DNA of 60,000 nt from Lytechinus pictus (lineage: Eukaryota). A program made the position numbers and the translations under genes. Under the pieces are notes generated by a model, which worked only from the letters and a program-made list of their open reading frames with translations, was not told the origin of the DNA and searched no databases. The DNA is taken from the NCBI RefSeq assembly GCF_037042905.1, contig NC_087263.1, positions 14,758,001-14,818,000 on the forward strand, in the 5' to 3' direction. Numbering within the stretch: position 1 is the first letter of the stretch; every line of letters begins with the position of its first letter. Shown one piece after another: positions 13,311 to 27,455 of the stretch.

Positions 13311-14134
13311 TATATATATACATATATTTTTGAAATTCGATTCAAGTCTTTATTCCATTTCCATTCAAAACATAATACAAAGTAATATAAAGTGATACAA
13401 ATCAAGTGCAATTTTACAGACGAGCATTTTTACTTCGTATAACAAAAAACAGTATAATATTGAGCATAAATGGAAATGAGGGGGTCCACTAAAAAGCAAA
13501 GCTTGTAAAGTGTGGATCCCCCTTGGAAATGAAGAAAATATAGTCGACTTATTCATATATGCGTATATATACAGGAAAGAAAAGGAGAAGGAACAAAAAA
13601 GGTCGAAATCATATTGATGTAAACATAACAAATGCAAAGCTATTCACACAAAGAGGTCTTCGCTGTGAATGATATGTTGCGCAATAGACAGAAGAAAAAG
13701 CAGAAAGAGAGAGGGAATGACAAGACATAAATGACAAGACAAAACAAGAGACGGGACTGTACAAGACAAAATAATAACATAATAATTAATTATTTTTTTT
13801 AAGGAGGAAAAGTCAGAATGGGGAAGGGCTGACCACAAACCAGCTTGATCTGGTGAAATAACAAAAGGTGATATAACTGGACAATATAAGATGAAAAAAA
13901 GGATAAAACAATAAAAATGTAAGGATGATAATCAAGATAATGAAGTGTTAGTTCCGTTGCTTTAAACCCGAGTTTAAATTAAACCTGCTATCTGAATATA
14001 CGGGCCATAGTATTTAACTCAATTTTCACATAGTCCACTATGTGAACACACTGCGATCACACTGTGTCACACTGTGTTCATTCCAGCAGGGAAAATTTGT
14101 GATAAATCAACAAATTAAGGCATGAGGCACATGC

Positions 14135-15127
14135 TTTTTGTCTCACCTGCATAGCAGAGTGAGACTATAGGCGCCGCTTTTCCGACGGCGGCGGCGACGG
14201 CGACGGCGGCGGCGACGGCGGCGGCGACGGCGGCGGCGGCGTCAACACCAAATCTTAACCTGAGGTTAAGTTTTTGAAATGACAGCATAACTTAGAAAGT
14301 ATATGGACCTAGTTCATGAAACTTGGCCATAAGGTTAATCAAGTATTACTGAACATCCTGCCTGAGTTTCATGTCACATGACCAAGGTCAAAGGTCATTT
14401 AGGGTCAATGAACTTAGACCATGTTGGGGGAATCAACATCAAAATCTTAACCTAAGGTTAAGTTTTTGAAATGTCATCATAACTTAGAAAATATATGGAC
14501 CTAGTTCATGAAACTTATACATAAGGTTAATCAAGTATCACTGAACATCCTGCTTGAGTTTCACATCATATGACCAAGGTCAAAGGTCATTTAGGGTCAA
14601 TGAACTTTGGCCGAATTGGGGGTATCTGTTGAATTACCATCATAACTTTGACAGTTTATGGATCTGATTCATGAAACTTGGACATAATAGTAATCAAGTA
14701 TTACTGAACATCCTGTGCAAGTTTCAGGTCACATGATCAAGGTCAAAGGTCATTTAGGGTCAATGAACTTTGGCCAAATTGGGGTATTTGTTGAATTACA
14801 GCCATAAATTTGAAAGTGTGTTGGTCTAGTTCATAAAACTTGGACATAATAGTAATCAAGTATCACTGAACACCCTGTGCGAGTTTCAGGTCACATGATC
14901 AAGGTCAAAGGTCATGTAAGGTCAAAGAACTTTGGCCACGTTGGGGGTATTTGTTGAATTGCCATCATATCTCTATAAGTGTATTGGTCTAGTTCATAAA
15001 ACGTGGAAATAAGAGTAACCAAGTATCACTGAACATCTTGTGCGAGTTATAGTAGTTTTCAAAATCAGCACTGCTGCTATATTGAATCGCGTGATGCAGG
15101 TGAGACGGCCAGAGGCATTCCACTTGT
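14135..15127 (+). mobile_element. Helentron-associated (HINE/DINE-1-like) element with GGC microsatellite and internal 162-192 bp tandem repeats
   Basis: Subterminal inverted repeat gtctcacctgcat (14140-14152) / atgcaggtgagac (15094-15106); (GGC/GAC)n; caaggtcaaaggtca at 14383, 14575, 14738, 14900; ends cttgtt. Confidence 0.75.
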
Positions 15128-18100
15128 TTCTCTTTTATTTAGTTTTTTTTTTTGATATGTTTTCGACCAACTTGCACAATTGCCCTGAAGAGTAATTCAA
15201 CAAGGCATACACGTATTCGAACCAAAATTTTATTTGATCATCATAATGATCGTTTAATTTTGATTCGCAGGCCTGAATTATTAGTTCTTAGAAAAAAAAT
15301 GGTTAGACCTACAGATGTCAATTTTAACGCCAGATGATGGTGTATGTTTGTTTCGGTTAGGCTTCGGAATAATAGACCTATTTACTCAATAATCTTGTTC
15401 GGCATGGAAGTGATATTTTTCCCATCATATACACCAACAGTTATTTAAAGAACGTATGAAATATAAAGCAGACCAAACTAAATTCAGGGGGGTTGGGTAG
15501 CAGAATAAACGATATTTATCTGATGATTAATTATAACCTGAAAAATAATATAACCCATATTGATATATATGACATAGCAAATCGATTCTGCTTCTGCAAT
15601 AATTAAGTTCTCGTATCTTATCTGATCTATCGGATAACTTTATTATATATATATATTATATATCACCTGAAAAATCATATCACCCGCACTGCTAATATTG
15701 ACGTAACGACGAGTTTCTTGAATAATCAATTTCTCTTGTTGAATCACAATCTCAGATGCGAATCTCCTCTCACCTTCCATGTACCACAACCCTACATAAC
15801 AAACAATATGATTTATGACGATACGAATATTATCGTCATTTCTAATAATAGCCAGTCAACTCTTTATTGTAACTTTCAATAGTACTTCACGTTGTATTGG
15901 TTATTTTTTCGGAGGAGGAGGGGGGGGGGGGTCGATTGACCCATCTATGCGTTGACCCCGCTGCACTAATTTCTTTATATACCTATTGTCGAATAGAAGC
16001 CTACTAATAAAAATATTCGTACATGTTGTTTTGGGGGCGTTGCTAAGCTACAATCGCACAGGTGTCAATGCAGGTATTGAAATGCATTTTGTTTGATGAT
16101 AATTCAATATTTATATGGCACCTACTAACAGTTTCTCTCAGAGGTTAAATGTAAGACCGGGATCAAAGAGACAACTTAAATACAATAATTTGGCTGAAGA
16201 TTACTCTGCAGAACAATATCCAAAAATTTCAAAGTTGCCCATCATTTCAATATTTCAGTAATTGAAAATATAATGAAAATTAGTTTAATAAGCTTTGCGA
16301 GAATGTGATGACATTAATAAGATTTCTTTTACGTTAAGTTAGACAATAGGAAAATCAAAGAATATCATTTTATATAATACCAGTACTGAGGGACAGAGTG
16401 ATAAGAAAATATCATTAAAAAATCTGAAGAGATAGAAATAGAGTGAAAGAGGAAGATGGATGTGAAAGAGTTGACAGAGATATAGAAGAGCAAAGGAAAG
16501 GGAGGGAATTCAACGAAAATTACCAAAAAATGGTAGTACATGTATATCAACAGAGAGAAAGATGGTGAATGAGGAGTGAAAAAAAGAAATAATAATGACA
16601 TGTTTGTTTTGAGTGTGCGCGCGTGGGTGTGGATGAAAGATATGAGAAACACACGTGACGCAGGTCCCATCCCATTATACCAATATGTGTTAAGGATAAT
16701 ATTTTACTTTCAAATTCTTCTAACTTTGTTTATTCTAACGTAAAATTTTGCAGCCTTACAACTTCATGTTTTTACCTCTTTCATAATGTTTGTACCTTCT
16801 TTTCTTCTGCTCCACTCCTTCCCTTCACTCCCCCTCTCTTTCACTCTACCCCTTTCCACCCCCTCTCTCTCTATCTGCCTCTCCTCCTCCCCATCTCTTT
16901 CCTTTCTAGAATTCTGCAACACAAGTAGTTTCAATACCATACTTTATCCGTATTATTCATTTTGTAATTATCTTTGTTATTGTTTGAATATTTTTTGTGT
17001 CTTTACATGTATTACCTTGTGAATACATCGCAATTCGGCCTTAGCCGCGACGATGTCTTGATTTTTACTAATAAACCATTTATCTATCTATGTACACATC
17101 TCGGTATTCGATTTTCCAACTGTAAATTTGTTAGATGCAAGAAAAAAACGTATACTAAAACTGATAAGCAGAAATTGATGAGAACGAAAATAGTAGAATA
17201 ATGATAGACCAGCATGATTTTTTTTTCTTTTTTGTAATAGGTAAGCCGAATATGGACGTAACGTAACTGTCGATGTTCTGTTGTGTCTTCATTCATCTAC
17301 CATGCCGACCTCCATCATGCCTATAAACAAATATACCAGGAATGATAGTATAATGGCAGTTAATTAATATGTATTTTGTACGACGGGAAGAACTATTACA
17401 CAAAAACTGATACGAGCAAGGACATCCGTGGTTAGAGTATAGAGAATAGAGAGAATGAAAGAGACATGATGTTTGTGGGTGCGTGCCGGTAGGTGTATGT
17501 GTGAGGGTGTGTATGTGTGTGTGCGCGAGAGAGGATGTGTGTTTAAGAGAAAATTAAAAAGAAAGAGAGAGAAGATGAGAGAGATAAAATAAGGAGATGG
17601 AGAATGTCAGACATAGATCTAGAGGTGAACAAACGAAAAGAGACACATATAAAGAGAGTGACAGTTAACAAAAACTAATAAATGAAAGGGGGAGAGATAG
17701 GAGTCGTAAGGAATGTAGAAGGGCAATTAGATAATGGAGATATAATAAGGATTGTTCTAATATATTAGAACTTGAAAACAATTGCATTTCAGTGACCTTT
17801 TTTTTCACTATAATGATGACCTACAAAACTAAGATCTAAAAATGATTATCCCAAACAATAATGATTACAAGAGCGTAGGGGGTGGCGTGGGTGCACGTGC
17901 ACCCACCGCTGAGGCAGAGGAGTACCGACACTGGCAAGCAAAACGAAATTTGTACCCCTTCTTCTGCTTCCAACGGCTGTTTTTCCAAATTTTAGTTCCA
18001 CCTCCCCAAGATGTGCACCTTCCCATGCTCAAACCAGCCTTACTACTTCCTTGGATTACATGTCTTACACACTTAAAATGTTGGGCGACATACTGTCCAC

Positions 18101-18451
18101 TGTGTGAAGTAATGTATGTTGGTAAAATTGAGGAAATTTATAACCCAATTTGGGCAGATTTTAACCAATAGTAATGTAGACAGTATGTTGCCCAGGGTTT
18201 GTTAAAAGTTGGGCATTTTAGCCCAAATATTTTGTTTGGGCATGTTATAATAACATTTTGTATATCAACATCGGTACAGAATATGTACATGCGGAATTCC
18301 ATTTTAAGTATTAAAAAAAACATGTAATTATGACGTCCCGAATTAAAGAAGAGGTCTTTTGTACTTCATAATGGGTTCATGGTTCCATTGTCCAAGCATT
18401 ATTATAGCGAGTTTTATAGATCCCCATGGGCGGCTTTGCAGGGGGTCGGGT

Positions 18452-18612
18452 GGGTGTTTCATAAAGCTGTTCGTAGATTAAGAGCGACTTTAAGAACGAC
18501 TGGTGAACATTCCTTACGCGCTAAGTATAATCACCATGATTTACCACAAGAAAGGATCACCAGTCGTTCTTAAAATCAATCTTAACTTGCGAACAGCTTT
18601 ATGAAACGGCCT
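18452..18612. mobile_element. Short palindromic Harbinger-like MITE
   Basis: gtttcataaagctgttcg...cgaacagctttatgaaac, with inner aagaacgactggtga/tcaccagtcgttctt. Confidence 0.65.
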
Positions 18613-18690
18613 CCATGGATGTTACCCCTATTCATTGTTTGAATGACGAAAGAAAGAGGAGGAAGGGAAATAAAATATTTAGAAAATTAG

Positions 18691-18963
18691 AATAATATAG
18701 AGTTTGTATAGCGCACGTATCCACCTTGTTAGGTACTGGCTCAAGTCACTCAAATATTACCCGGCTAAGCTTGTATACCGATTCTGGTGCGCACAGCTTT
18801 TTGAGGAATTACTTCCTGCCGGTTCCGATTTCCCTCGCCTGGGTTGAGTGCAGCACAATGTGGATAGATTTCTTGCTGAAGGAAAACACGCCATGGCTGG
18901 GAATCGAACCCACGTCCTTCAGATTGTCAGATGAGAGTCTAAACCACTATACCACGACGCCCC
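18691..18963 (-). mobile_element. tRNA-derived SINE
   Basis: Minus strand: A-box tggtatagtgg, B-box ggttcgattccc, body ttcagcaagaaat...tgtgctgcactcaacccagg, tail gcgctatacaaactctatattatt; homologous to 58346-58545. Confidence 0.75.
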
Positions 18964-19343
18964 CATAAAACAAACAACATGGAGAAAAGATGGTTTGGGG
19001 AAACTGAATACTATGCAATACCCATATTTTTGAAATATTTTGAAAGTAGGTCAAACTTATATTTAAAAAAAAGTCTAACTCATATTTTGAAGTATTTTCC
19101 CCACTGAGGCGGTGTCTCCCCGGTTGATTTCAATCAACATGATTAATGGTCGACAGCACTATACACTATCTTCCCCTATTCTCATCCATCATGTCCATGC
19201 TGGGGTGTGCATTGTACTTCACGCCTACCGCAATGGCCAACATATTGTTTTAAACCTTTAATAGCATCATCCTTAAAAACATGCACTTTGAATTAATTAA
19301 TGGACCAAGGCATTTTTGTCCCATTACTCTACCACTACACGAT

Positions 19344-19525
19344 CCAATGGCATTTAACTTAATTGTGCTTGTCACGTGATAGAGCCAATGTAATCAAAGC
19401 ACGATGAAACGATTAATGCATGTCAATATTGCATGTCGCCAATCATATCGCACTGCACTACGCCGTTCATTTGTTGCACCGTTCTGCGAGAGGAGAGGAT
19501 GTGCGACCCATGTTAAAAGGTAAGA
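19344..19525 (+). promoter_or_regulatory. Candidate promoter and non-coding first exon
   Basis: CCAAT at 19344, 19385, 19439; CACGTG at 19373; donor AAG|GTAAGA at 19519/19520. Confidence 0.3.
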
Positions 19526-20084
19526 CATGTTCGATTTATGTCATAACGTTCATTGTGGCATCTTTTATGTTCAGGTGGTGATTGTACATTATGCAAACTT
19601 GAAAGTATATCATTAAAACTTGCGCGAATATTTGTCAGCATAAGATTTTGCGCCAAAAGCACCCTTCATAGTGGATTTGTAGTGGCACATTGTAGTCGTA
19701 TCTAAAATTATCTTTATTATTTTAAAGACAAGGATACTTTTTCAGTTGTGACATTTCAGAAAGTGAAACATAATAATTCGGAATTGATTTAGAGATACAT
19801 TTTTCATTTATTCTTGACTGTTCTATGAGATGCTGTGCTCGAAATACATCATTTTTATTTCGTCAGTTTACATTTCTAATTAGGCCTATATTGATGTCGA
19901 TAGCCCAATGAGCCGAATCTTGAGGGGCCAAACATGGCGCGAGCTGAGAAATTTCCGAAGAGTTGCGAGCAACCCGAGCGAGCAAATAAAAGACCTTTTT
20001 ATACAAAAAACAAATTTTGACACGTTATTTAGAAAAGAGTATCGTACTTTACACATTTCCTTAATTTTCTCTTTTTTCTCGGCC

Positions 20085-20117
<33 letters not shown>

Positions 20118-21684
20118 GCAGGGAGTTTATACCAAAGACAAGGGGCAAGAAATTGAAGAGAATTTAAGCCTGCCCTTTTGTAATTTTTCTTAAATTTTAC
20201 AATCGTTCATTAGTAATTAATGAACAACGATGGGTAGACGTTTACCAAAATCGTAACATTGTTATGATAATAATCCTGCTGTATATACAGAACCTAGATT
20301 ATACATAAATCTGCATATTAACTGAGGAAAAAAAAATGTTCCGTGACCATACTTAACGATAAATGTTCTCTCAAGATTTAACCATTTTGTTATTAATTTC
20401 AAATGATTTGTGTAATTATTCATGTGTAATATCATTGTATTGGGAGAAATATGATTGCTGTTTGGTCCAGATAATTATATGGTTAAAAGCATCGTTTCGA
20501 TTTCTTTTTTCAGTAAAACCTAAAAAGAAATATTTTCCAAAATGTGATCATGATGATATTATATTTAATCAGTCAGACTACTCCAAATCAATGTTGTCAC
20601 GTTACATGGATAACAAATCTGCACAATATCATCAACTGCATGCTCTTCAACGTAATAAACATTTCGTATTTATAATTATCTGAAATATCGCAAGATCTTT
20701 ATTGAAAGAACAAATTGTGTTCACTGTGTAATTAACAATAAGTCTGAAATAGTGTTTCATATATTTTTTGCAACAAATGATATACAATCTACATGCCATC
20801 TACGACATCATGTATTCAAATTATCAATCTTTCCATTTAACATGACTTGGTATGTCTATATCGTTTTACCATTCAACAAGCTTAAAAGAGAGGAAAGGAT
20901 TATTGGTTATTTTTTTTACTTTCTAGTTGTAATGTATAATTTTACATATTTGAATTCAAATTCGAAATTAATTCGGTTTCATTAAAATATACTCATCAAA
21001 ATGTCTGAAGACTAAAAATGTGAGCTCATAATCGAAAGCATAAAATAAGTATATAGCATGCAGTGATCATACTAATGAAACAATTTGGCATGTATATTGC
21101 CAAGTTAAAGTCAATATTGCCAAGTTAAAGTCAATATTGCATATGATAATTTGACAAGGTGCACGATAGCGACGAAATGGAATATATTGAATACCAATTT
21201 TTATGATACCATCTCGTTTATCTCGTCATTCATTTTGTTTTGAATATACCATTTCCTCCAATTTCGAAGTGTACATGAGAATTTAGTACCTGAGTTCCTC
21301 AATAGCATGCCCCAGTCGCATCAACACTTTTGTTGATAAGGGAATATTTAGATCTAACTTCCCTGTAATGGTCTTATAATTAGACGCACGGACTCTGGAA
21401 AAAAAGTCTGGTATATATTAGAACCTCGCCATTTATTCGCAAATGTACATTATTTAGTTTGTTGTCAATGAATAGTCAATATCTACAATCTAGTGGGGAG
21501 CAGGTGTTATTTGACATTTTTCCCATCCGCTCTCATATATTTCTCGTTGTATTGAGTAAATACCGGCGATGCATGGTTGCCTAGCATTAAGCCAATCGTG
21601 AAGGCTCTGTCACACACACACACGCACACCCTCACACAAACACACACACACACACACCCTCACACACATATATATATATATATA

Positions 21685-22501
21685 CAGTGCGTCCCAGAAA
21701 AAACGAAACCGAGATTTAGCGATGAATTATCATAACTTAATCACAAATACAATAGACAAATTACCTACCATTTTAAAGCTTACAATCTCCTCTTTCATCT
21801 GAAATTAATTAGATTATTTCTCATTCACGCATGAGTGAGCAAAAACAATTTGAAAAGGGGATACCAAAAAGTCACTTGGCGGGCCGTATCTGGGTTTTAC
21901 AAAGAAAACCACATTTTTAAAACGTTCAACATCTGCTCTTTAATTTGATACCTCAATTACAGAAAATGGTCAAGAAATAACAAAGTTCTGGTTATTTGAA
22001 ATAAGGCTTGAATTTCAATAATTTCATAAAATGAAGAGGTTTTACAGGCTAGCGTTCAAACTCACTCGACACTCCGTTTTGTTGACGATAAGCCATGCAT
22101 TAAGTCTTTTGTTACCGTGCGATAGCTTCTGTGGGAAACCAGTGAAAACACGTTTATTTAATGAAATTATTGAAATACAAGCATTGTTTCGAGAGATCAT
22201 AACTTTTTTACTTCTTTAACCATTTTCTGTGATTAAGGTATCAAACAAAAGAGCAGATATTGAACTCTTTAGGCATGTGATTTTCCTTTTGAAATTCAGA
22301 TACCCCCCGCCAAATGACTTTTTGGTATCCTTTCTTCAAATTGTTTTTGCCCACTCATGCGTGAATGGGGTATAATCTAAGTTATATCAGATGAAAGAAG
22401 AGATTCTAAGCTTTACATTGGTAGGTCATTTGTATATTGTATTTATGATTAAGTTATGATAAATCATCTCTAAATCTCGGTTTCGTTTTTTCTGGGACGC
22501 A

Positions 22502-22504
<3 letters not shown>
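21685..22504. mobile_element. Tc1/mariner-type MITE with very long TIRs inserted in (TA)n
   Basis: ta|cagtgcgtcccagaaaaaacgaaaccgagatttag...ctaaatctcggtttcgttttttctgggacgcactg|ta. Confidence 0.85.
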
Positions 22505-22551
<47 letters not shown>

Positions 22552-25431
22552 GCATGCATGCTCAGTTCATTTTTTTTCTTCAAAATCCAGAATCTTAATC
22601 TTAATTCCACTCTCGAGCTTTTTTTTTATTGAATTAAATCTTACTTATATAAATATATATGTATATACATGTATATACATACATAAATATCTACATGTAT
22701 TAATGTCTCAACCAATTATCTTGATGATGTAAACTTTAGGCCTATAATATTTTGAATGTATAATGATTTAGAATAAATGTGGAATCTGTGAATGTAAATC
22801 ACAGTTTGCATTATTAGTCTACATCATGCCATATGTTTATTGCTCATTCAATAAACCGATATTGAATTTAATTGAATGTATTCATCCACGCCCAGACGAT
22901 GTAAGACTACGCTGTTTTAACTTAAGACATATCCGACGCTTTTTAGGGGCTGGAGGGGCGTTTCTCCATTAAACTTGAACATCTTTAAAGTAACCGTCCT
23001 GGAAAGATCACCTTGTCCCATCACCTTCACACTGTTTAAATTTGAGCACTTTACCAGAGTGAATCACGTTCACTGTGAATAGTTACTATGGCGAGGTTTC
23101 CACAGTGTAAAACGATCTTCACTCTTAAATTTGATAATTTCATCAGTGTGAATAACATGTTAACGCTATGGACACAGTGTGTTCTTTCCAGTAGGGTACA
23201 CCCTAGTCGTTTTTGCCAACGGAAAAATATTTTTTTCATATTTTTCTGATATTTCCTGGGTATATTTTGTAAATCTGCATATTTTTTAGAATATTTATCT
23301 GAAAAATACTCTAAAAGTAGTATATTTTTAGGGTCTTTTGGGAAAAATACCCCAAAAATTAAATCAACATAATATGAGCTATATAAAAAAAGAAAAATAT
23401 ATTTTTATAGTATTTTCTCTGTAAGATGTAGAACAATTAAGAAATATATTTTATAGTCTTTAAATTACATGCTATATCCATGCAGGCATCGCGCCCAAAA
23501 TTATCAAAAGTCAGGAAGCGTAGCTAAAAACTTTTTTTTATAGTAGTTTTGGTGGCAAAAATTCATTTTATTGGACGTGACATAAATACTCTAAAAATAT
23601 TTTTTTAACATACAGTATTCGGCGTTTCAAAAACGTACGAAAAAATTTATTTTGAAAAATAATATTTTAAGGTATCTTTATTGTTTGTTTTTTACCAAAA
23701 TACCCTAGAAATATATTATCAGGGTGATATGGGGGGTATTTTAAAAATATTTTTGCAATATTTTTTTTCGAGCAGGGTAAAGACGTGAATAAGTATTTAA
23801 TACCGAGGCAGAATTAAAGGGGCAGTTGCATCATAGTTATATACAAACGGGATAAATACCTATATGGCAGGCTGCATGCATCACCATTTATTTCTACTTC
23901 TTATAAAAATATTTATGCTTTAAATTGGCTTGTCATACTCATGTCGGCTTACCCAAGTGTATACCGACATACTTATGGCGAGCCGAATCATCACTTAATT
24001 CTACTTCTTGGTATGAAAAAACGTTTTGTTATTGTACAAATGGCAGTTATTGATGATACCCAGAAATATAATTTTGATTTGCTTGCCATACGTTTCTCGA
24101 TCGTCCATCGTCAGGAAATTATGTGACATACACTGTAGTTCAATGCATTTCCCTTCATATACTGCCTAGATATGATCTTGCAAACATATTTTTTCCCATT
24201 CCCCCAAAGATGGATCATGAATATTTCAATTCAATCAGAAATTAAGTATGATAAAAAAATGAAAAGTTGATTTTGAAAGAAATATTACTGTCATGTAATG
24301 AAAATTTCTTTACCCCAAAGTTTTTGTTTACATATACTTGAATCTTGAAGAAGTACTCTCCCAAAAGCGTACACGCTGTCCTGGAGAGGGTTGTGCTGTG
24401 TCAGGTGCTGTCAGTGCTTCAGGTGATGTGGTGATCCTGTGGTGGTATTCTTGGTGCACTATATACAGTGTGCTAGGTGCAGTGTGCGGGTGGTGCGTGT
24501 GTGTCCCTCTTACAGCATCTTAAGGGGTAAAGACGTGAATAAGTATTTAATACCGAGGCAGAATTAAAGGGGCAGTTGCATAATATGAATACATAATAGA
24601 GACATTGCTGCAACTTCTAGCATGCCAGGAGTTGGTTGGATTGAAAGTTTTTTGTATTCAATACACAGTGTATAAACAATCAAGAAAAAATACATACTAT
24701 AAAAACTTCAAGTGAAAAATCACATTGATGAAAATGCACAATATAGGCCTACACTGAAGATTCAATCAGGATCTGATAACGAACTTATTTCATTTTAAAG
24801 TTTAGTAATATTTTGTGAAAACAGTGTTATGCATACCATAATGAATATGCATAGATTGTCTGATGACGTCATCTCCCCACTTATAACATGATATCATAAG
24901 TATGTCATATTTTCTTATGTGTATGATGTGTTTTCCTTGTAACAGAATAGGTTGCGGCAATTCGTCAATCCAATGTTCATTTTGGTGGGTAATTGTTGGT
25001 GGTTCATTTGAAATAAACATGATTTCGTACGATAGCATACATAAAGATAAGTTGCGATATGACGTCAGCCTGCTCACTGCATATTTATGAAGACCTGCAT
25101 TGAACTGTTTCACTGTAACAATGTAATTATTTAATATCTTATAACATTGTTAACAAATACCTGTCCAAATTTGTGGAAATTTCAATTGTTTTGTTTGTCC
25201 GGTTTTCCTTTAAAAAGTAATGGTCAAATCATATAATTTCTAAATTGGAGTACCCGTTTAATTAAAATGGAAAAATCTAGAATCTGTATAACAAATATAA
25301 TGGTTATATATTAATTAGAGGCATCTAAAGTAAATATATCTAGAGACACTAATTAATTAAATCAATTACATTTAGAAAAAAGCTCATGGCTTTGGAACGT
25401 GTATTCATCCATTCCGAGTTATTTTACTCTA

Positions 25432-26276
25432 CAGTGTGTCTCTAAAAAAAAGTAAACCCAACTTCAACGGCAAATTTTCTGAAAACTAAAAAATATTTAC
25501 ACATTATTTTTTCATGGTTAGATAGTCCAATAAGTCTTCTGTCCAATTACATCACTTAGGTTATCTAACTCTCATGCATGACTGAGCATGATTCAACTTA
25601 GTGAACTGGTGTCAAATCATCACTGTGGCAAGTTATTTCTTGTTATTTTCATGCATTCAAGGCCTATTTGAAGTTAAACTCAGTGGTTCCGTTATCAGCA
25701 TACTTTCTCACATTGTACCAGATGGCCCTTTTGTTGGAGGCTGCCTCTCGGGGAACTGCACCCGAAAAGCCTCTTAAACTTCCACGAAACTTCTTGTTTC
25801 CTGGTATTGAGTTACCAGGAATACTCTCTGCTCAATTGTCAACTGTACCATATTTGGAAAGCATGTGAAGTGTGCCTGTGTTAGGAACAACCTTTGCTGA
25901 AGTTGTTATGAAATTATAGGCCTAACATGTGACCAAAATTTAACTTCAAATAGGCCTTGAATGCATGACAATAGCAAGAAATAACTTGCCACAGTGATGA
26001 TTTAATCATAGGCCTAACATGTGACAAACATTTAACTTCAAATAGGCCTTGAATGCATGACAATAACAAGAAATAACTTGCCACAGTGATGATTTGACAC
26101 CAGTTCACTAAGTTGAATCATGCTCAGTCATGCATAAGAGTTAGATAACCTAAATGATATAATTGGACAGAGGACTTATTGGACTATCTAACCATGAAAA
26201 AATAATGTGTAAATATTTTTTAGTTTTCTGAAAATTTTCCATTGAAGTTGGGTTTACTTTTTTTAGAGACACGCTG
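25432..26276 (-). mobile_element. Tc1/mariner deletion derivative with long TIRs and transposase 5' remnant
   Basis: ta|cagtgtgtctctaaaaaaaagtaaacccaacttcaa...ttgaagttgggtttactttttttagagacacgctg|ta. Confidence 0.85.
25667..25851 (-). pseudogene. Disrupted N-terminal HTH (DUF4817-like) of a Tc1/mariner-superfamily transposase
   Basis: Manual translation MVQLTIEQRVFLVTQYQETRSFVEV*EAFRVQFPERQPP/KRAIWYNVRKYADNGTTEFN (one stop, one frameshift). Confidence 0.6.
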
Positions 26277-26523
26277 TATATAAAGCCATAGCCACCGAAG
26301 CCCGTCGTGCGTCGTGTCCCTATTTGATATCTGATGAAAATGTCACCCATTTATGTTTGTAAGCCTGGTTTGCAATATGATCGTTGTCATGGGGACGGGT
26401 ATAAACATTCCGTCCGAATTAATTGATCAGCGCGTTCCTCGAGGTCATTATTATTATCATCCTATAGGAGTTCAATGGATTTATATCCCTCTTTTGAAAT
26501 CTCTCTTGCACCGTGAACCGTTA

Positions 26524-26555
<32 letters not shown>

Positions 26556-27159
26556 GACACACACATTTTGGCGTTTTGGTTCGCGTCCGTGATCCTGATC
26601 CATGGTACAGTGGGGAAGGGGGGGGGGGTTACAAATTCATGCCGAGGTTCGGGGTTGGAGCCCTGGCTACGACTTTCAGATGTCGACGTTAAATTATCCC
26701 AGACATAAATAATCAGATCTGACTGATGCAAGTCTGTTAAAACACACACATCATACCAGTGGCGGTTTGCGGGTCCTCCCCTTGAGAGTCAAAGTCAATA
26801 ATGTAAAAATATCGTTCAAACACTAGTGTGCCCCCCCCCCCTTTGAGCGTCACAGCAAATACTCTTAGTGGGAATATGTTGTTCATACAGACGTGAGGAC
26901 CTGTTTTTATATTTAAAAAAAAATGTGCTTGTCAAATGTTATGCGGGATAAAATCATCTTGATTTTTTTTCTCTTGTTGAATTCCTCGGAAATGTGCCCC
27001 CCTTTTGCAAAATCCTGGATCCGCCCCTGCATCATACTATAACTTGATACACAATGTTAAAACACACACACATCCTACTTTTTAGGCCTCTCCTCTGTCC
27101 ATCGTTTCTCTACCCCACCCTCACTCAAACGCACACACCTCACATTCTCTCTCTCACCC

Positions 27160-27307
27160 TCACACACACCCTCACACATTCAATTCCATTTGGGCGATAA
27201 AAAATACACGTACACACACTCACCCTCATTCTCTCCCCTCTCACACACAAACCCTCCCTCACACATCGTTCAATTCCATTTGGGCGATTTAAAAGACACA
27301 CTCGCTT

Positions 27308-27339
<32 letters not shown>

Positions 27340-27455
27340 CCTCACACATCATTCAATTCCACTTGGGCGATAAAAAAGACATGCACACACACTCACCCTC
27401 ACACACACACACATCCTCCATCACACATCGTTCAATTCCATTTGGGTGATAAAAA
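27160..27455. repeat. Tandem repeat of about 85-90 bp interleaved with CA/CT microsatellite
   Basis: Four copies of ttcaattcca(t/c)ttggg(c/t)gat. Confidence 0.75.

Noticed and set aside
19373..19389. ER stress element
   Set aside because: CACGTG/CCAAT spacing and orientation do not match ERSE or ERSE-II.
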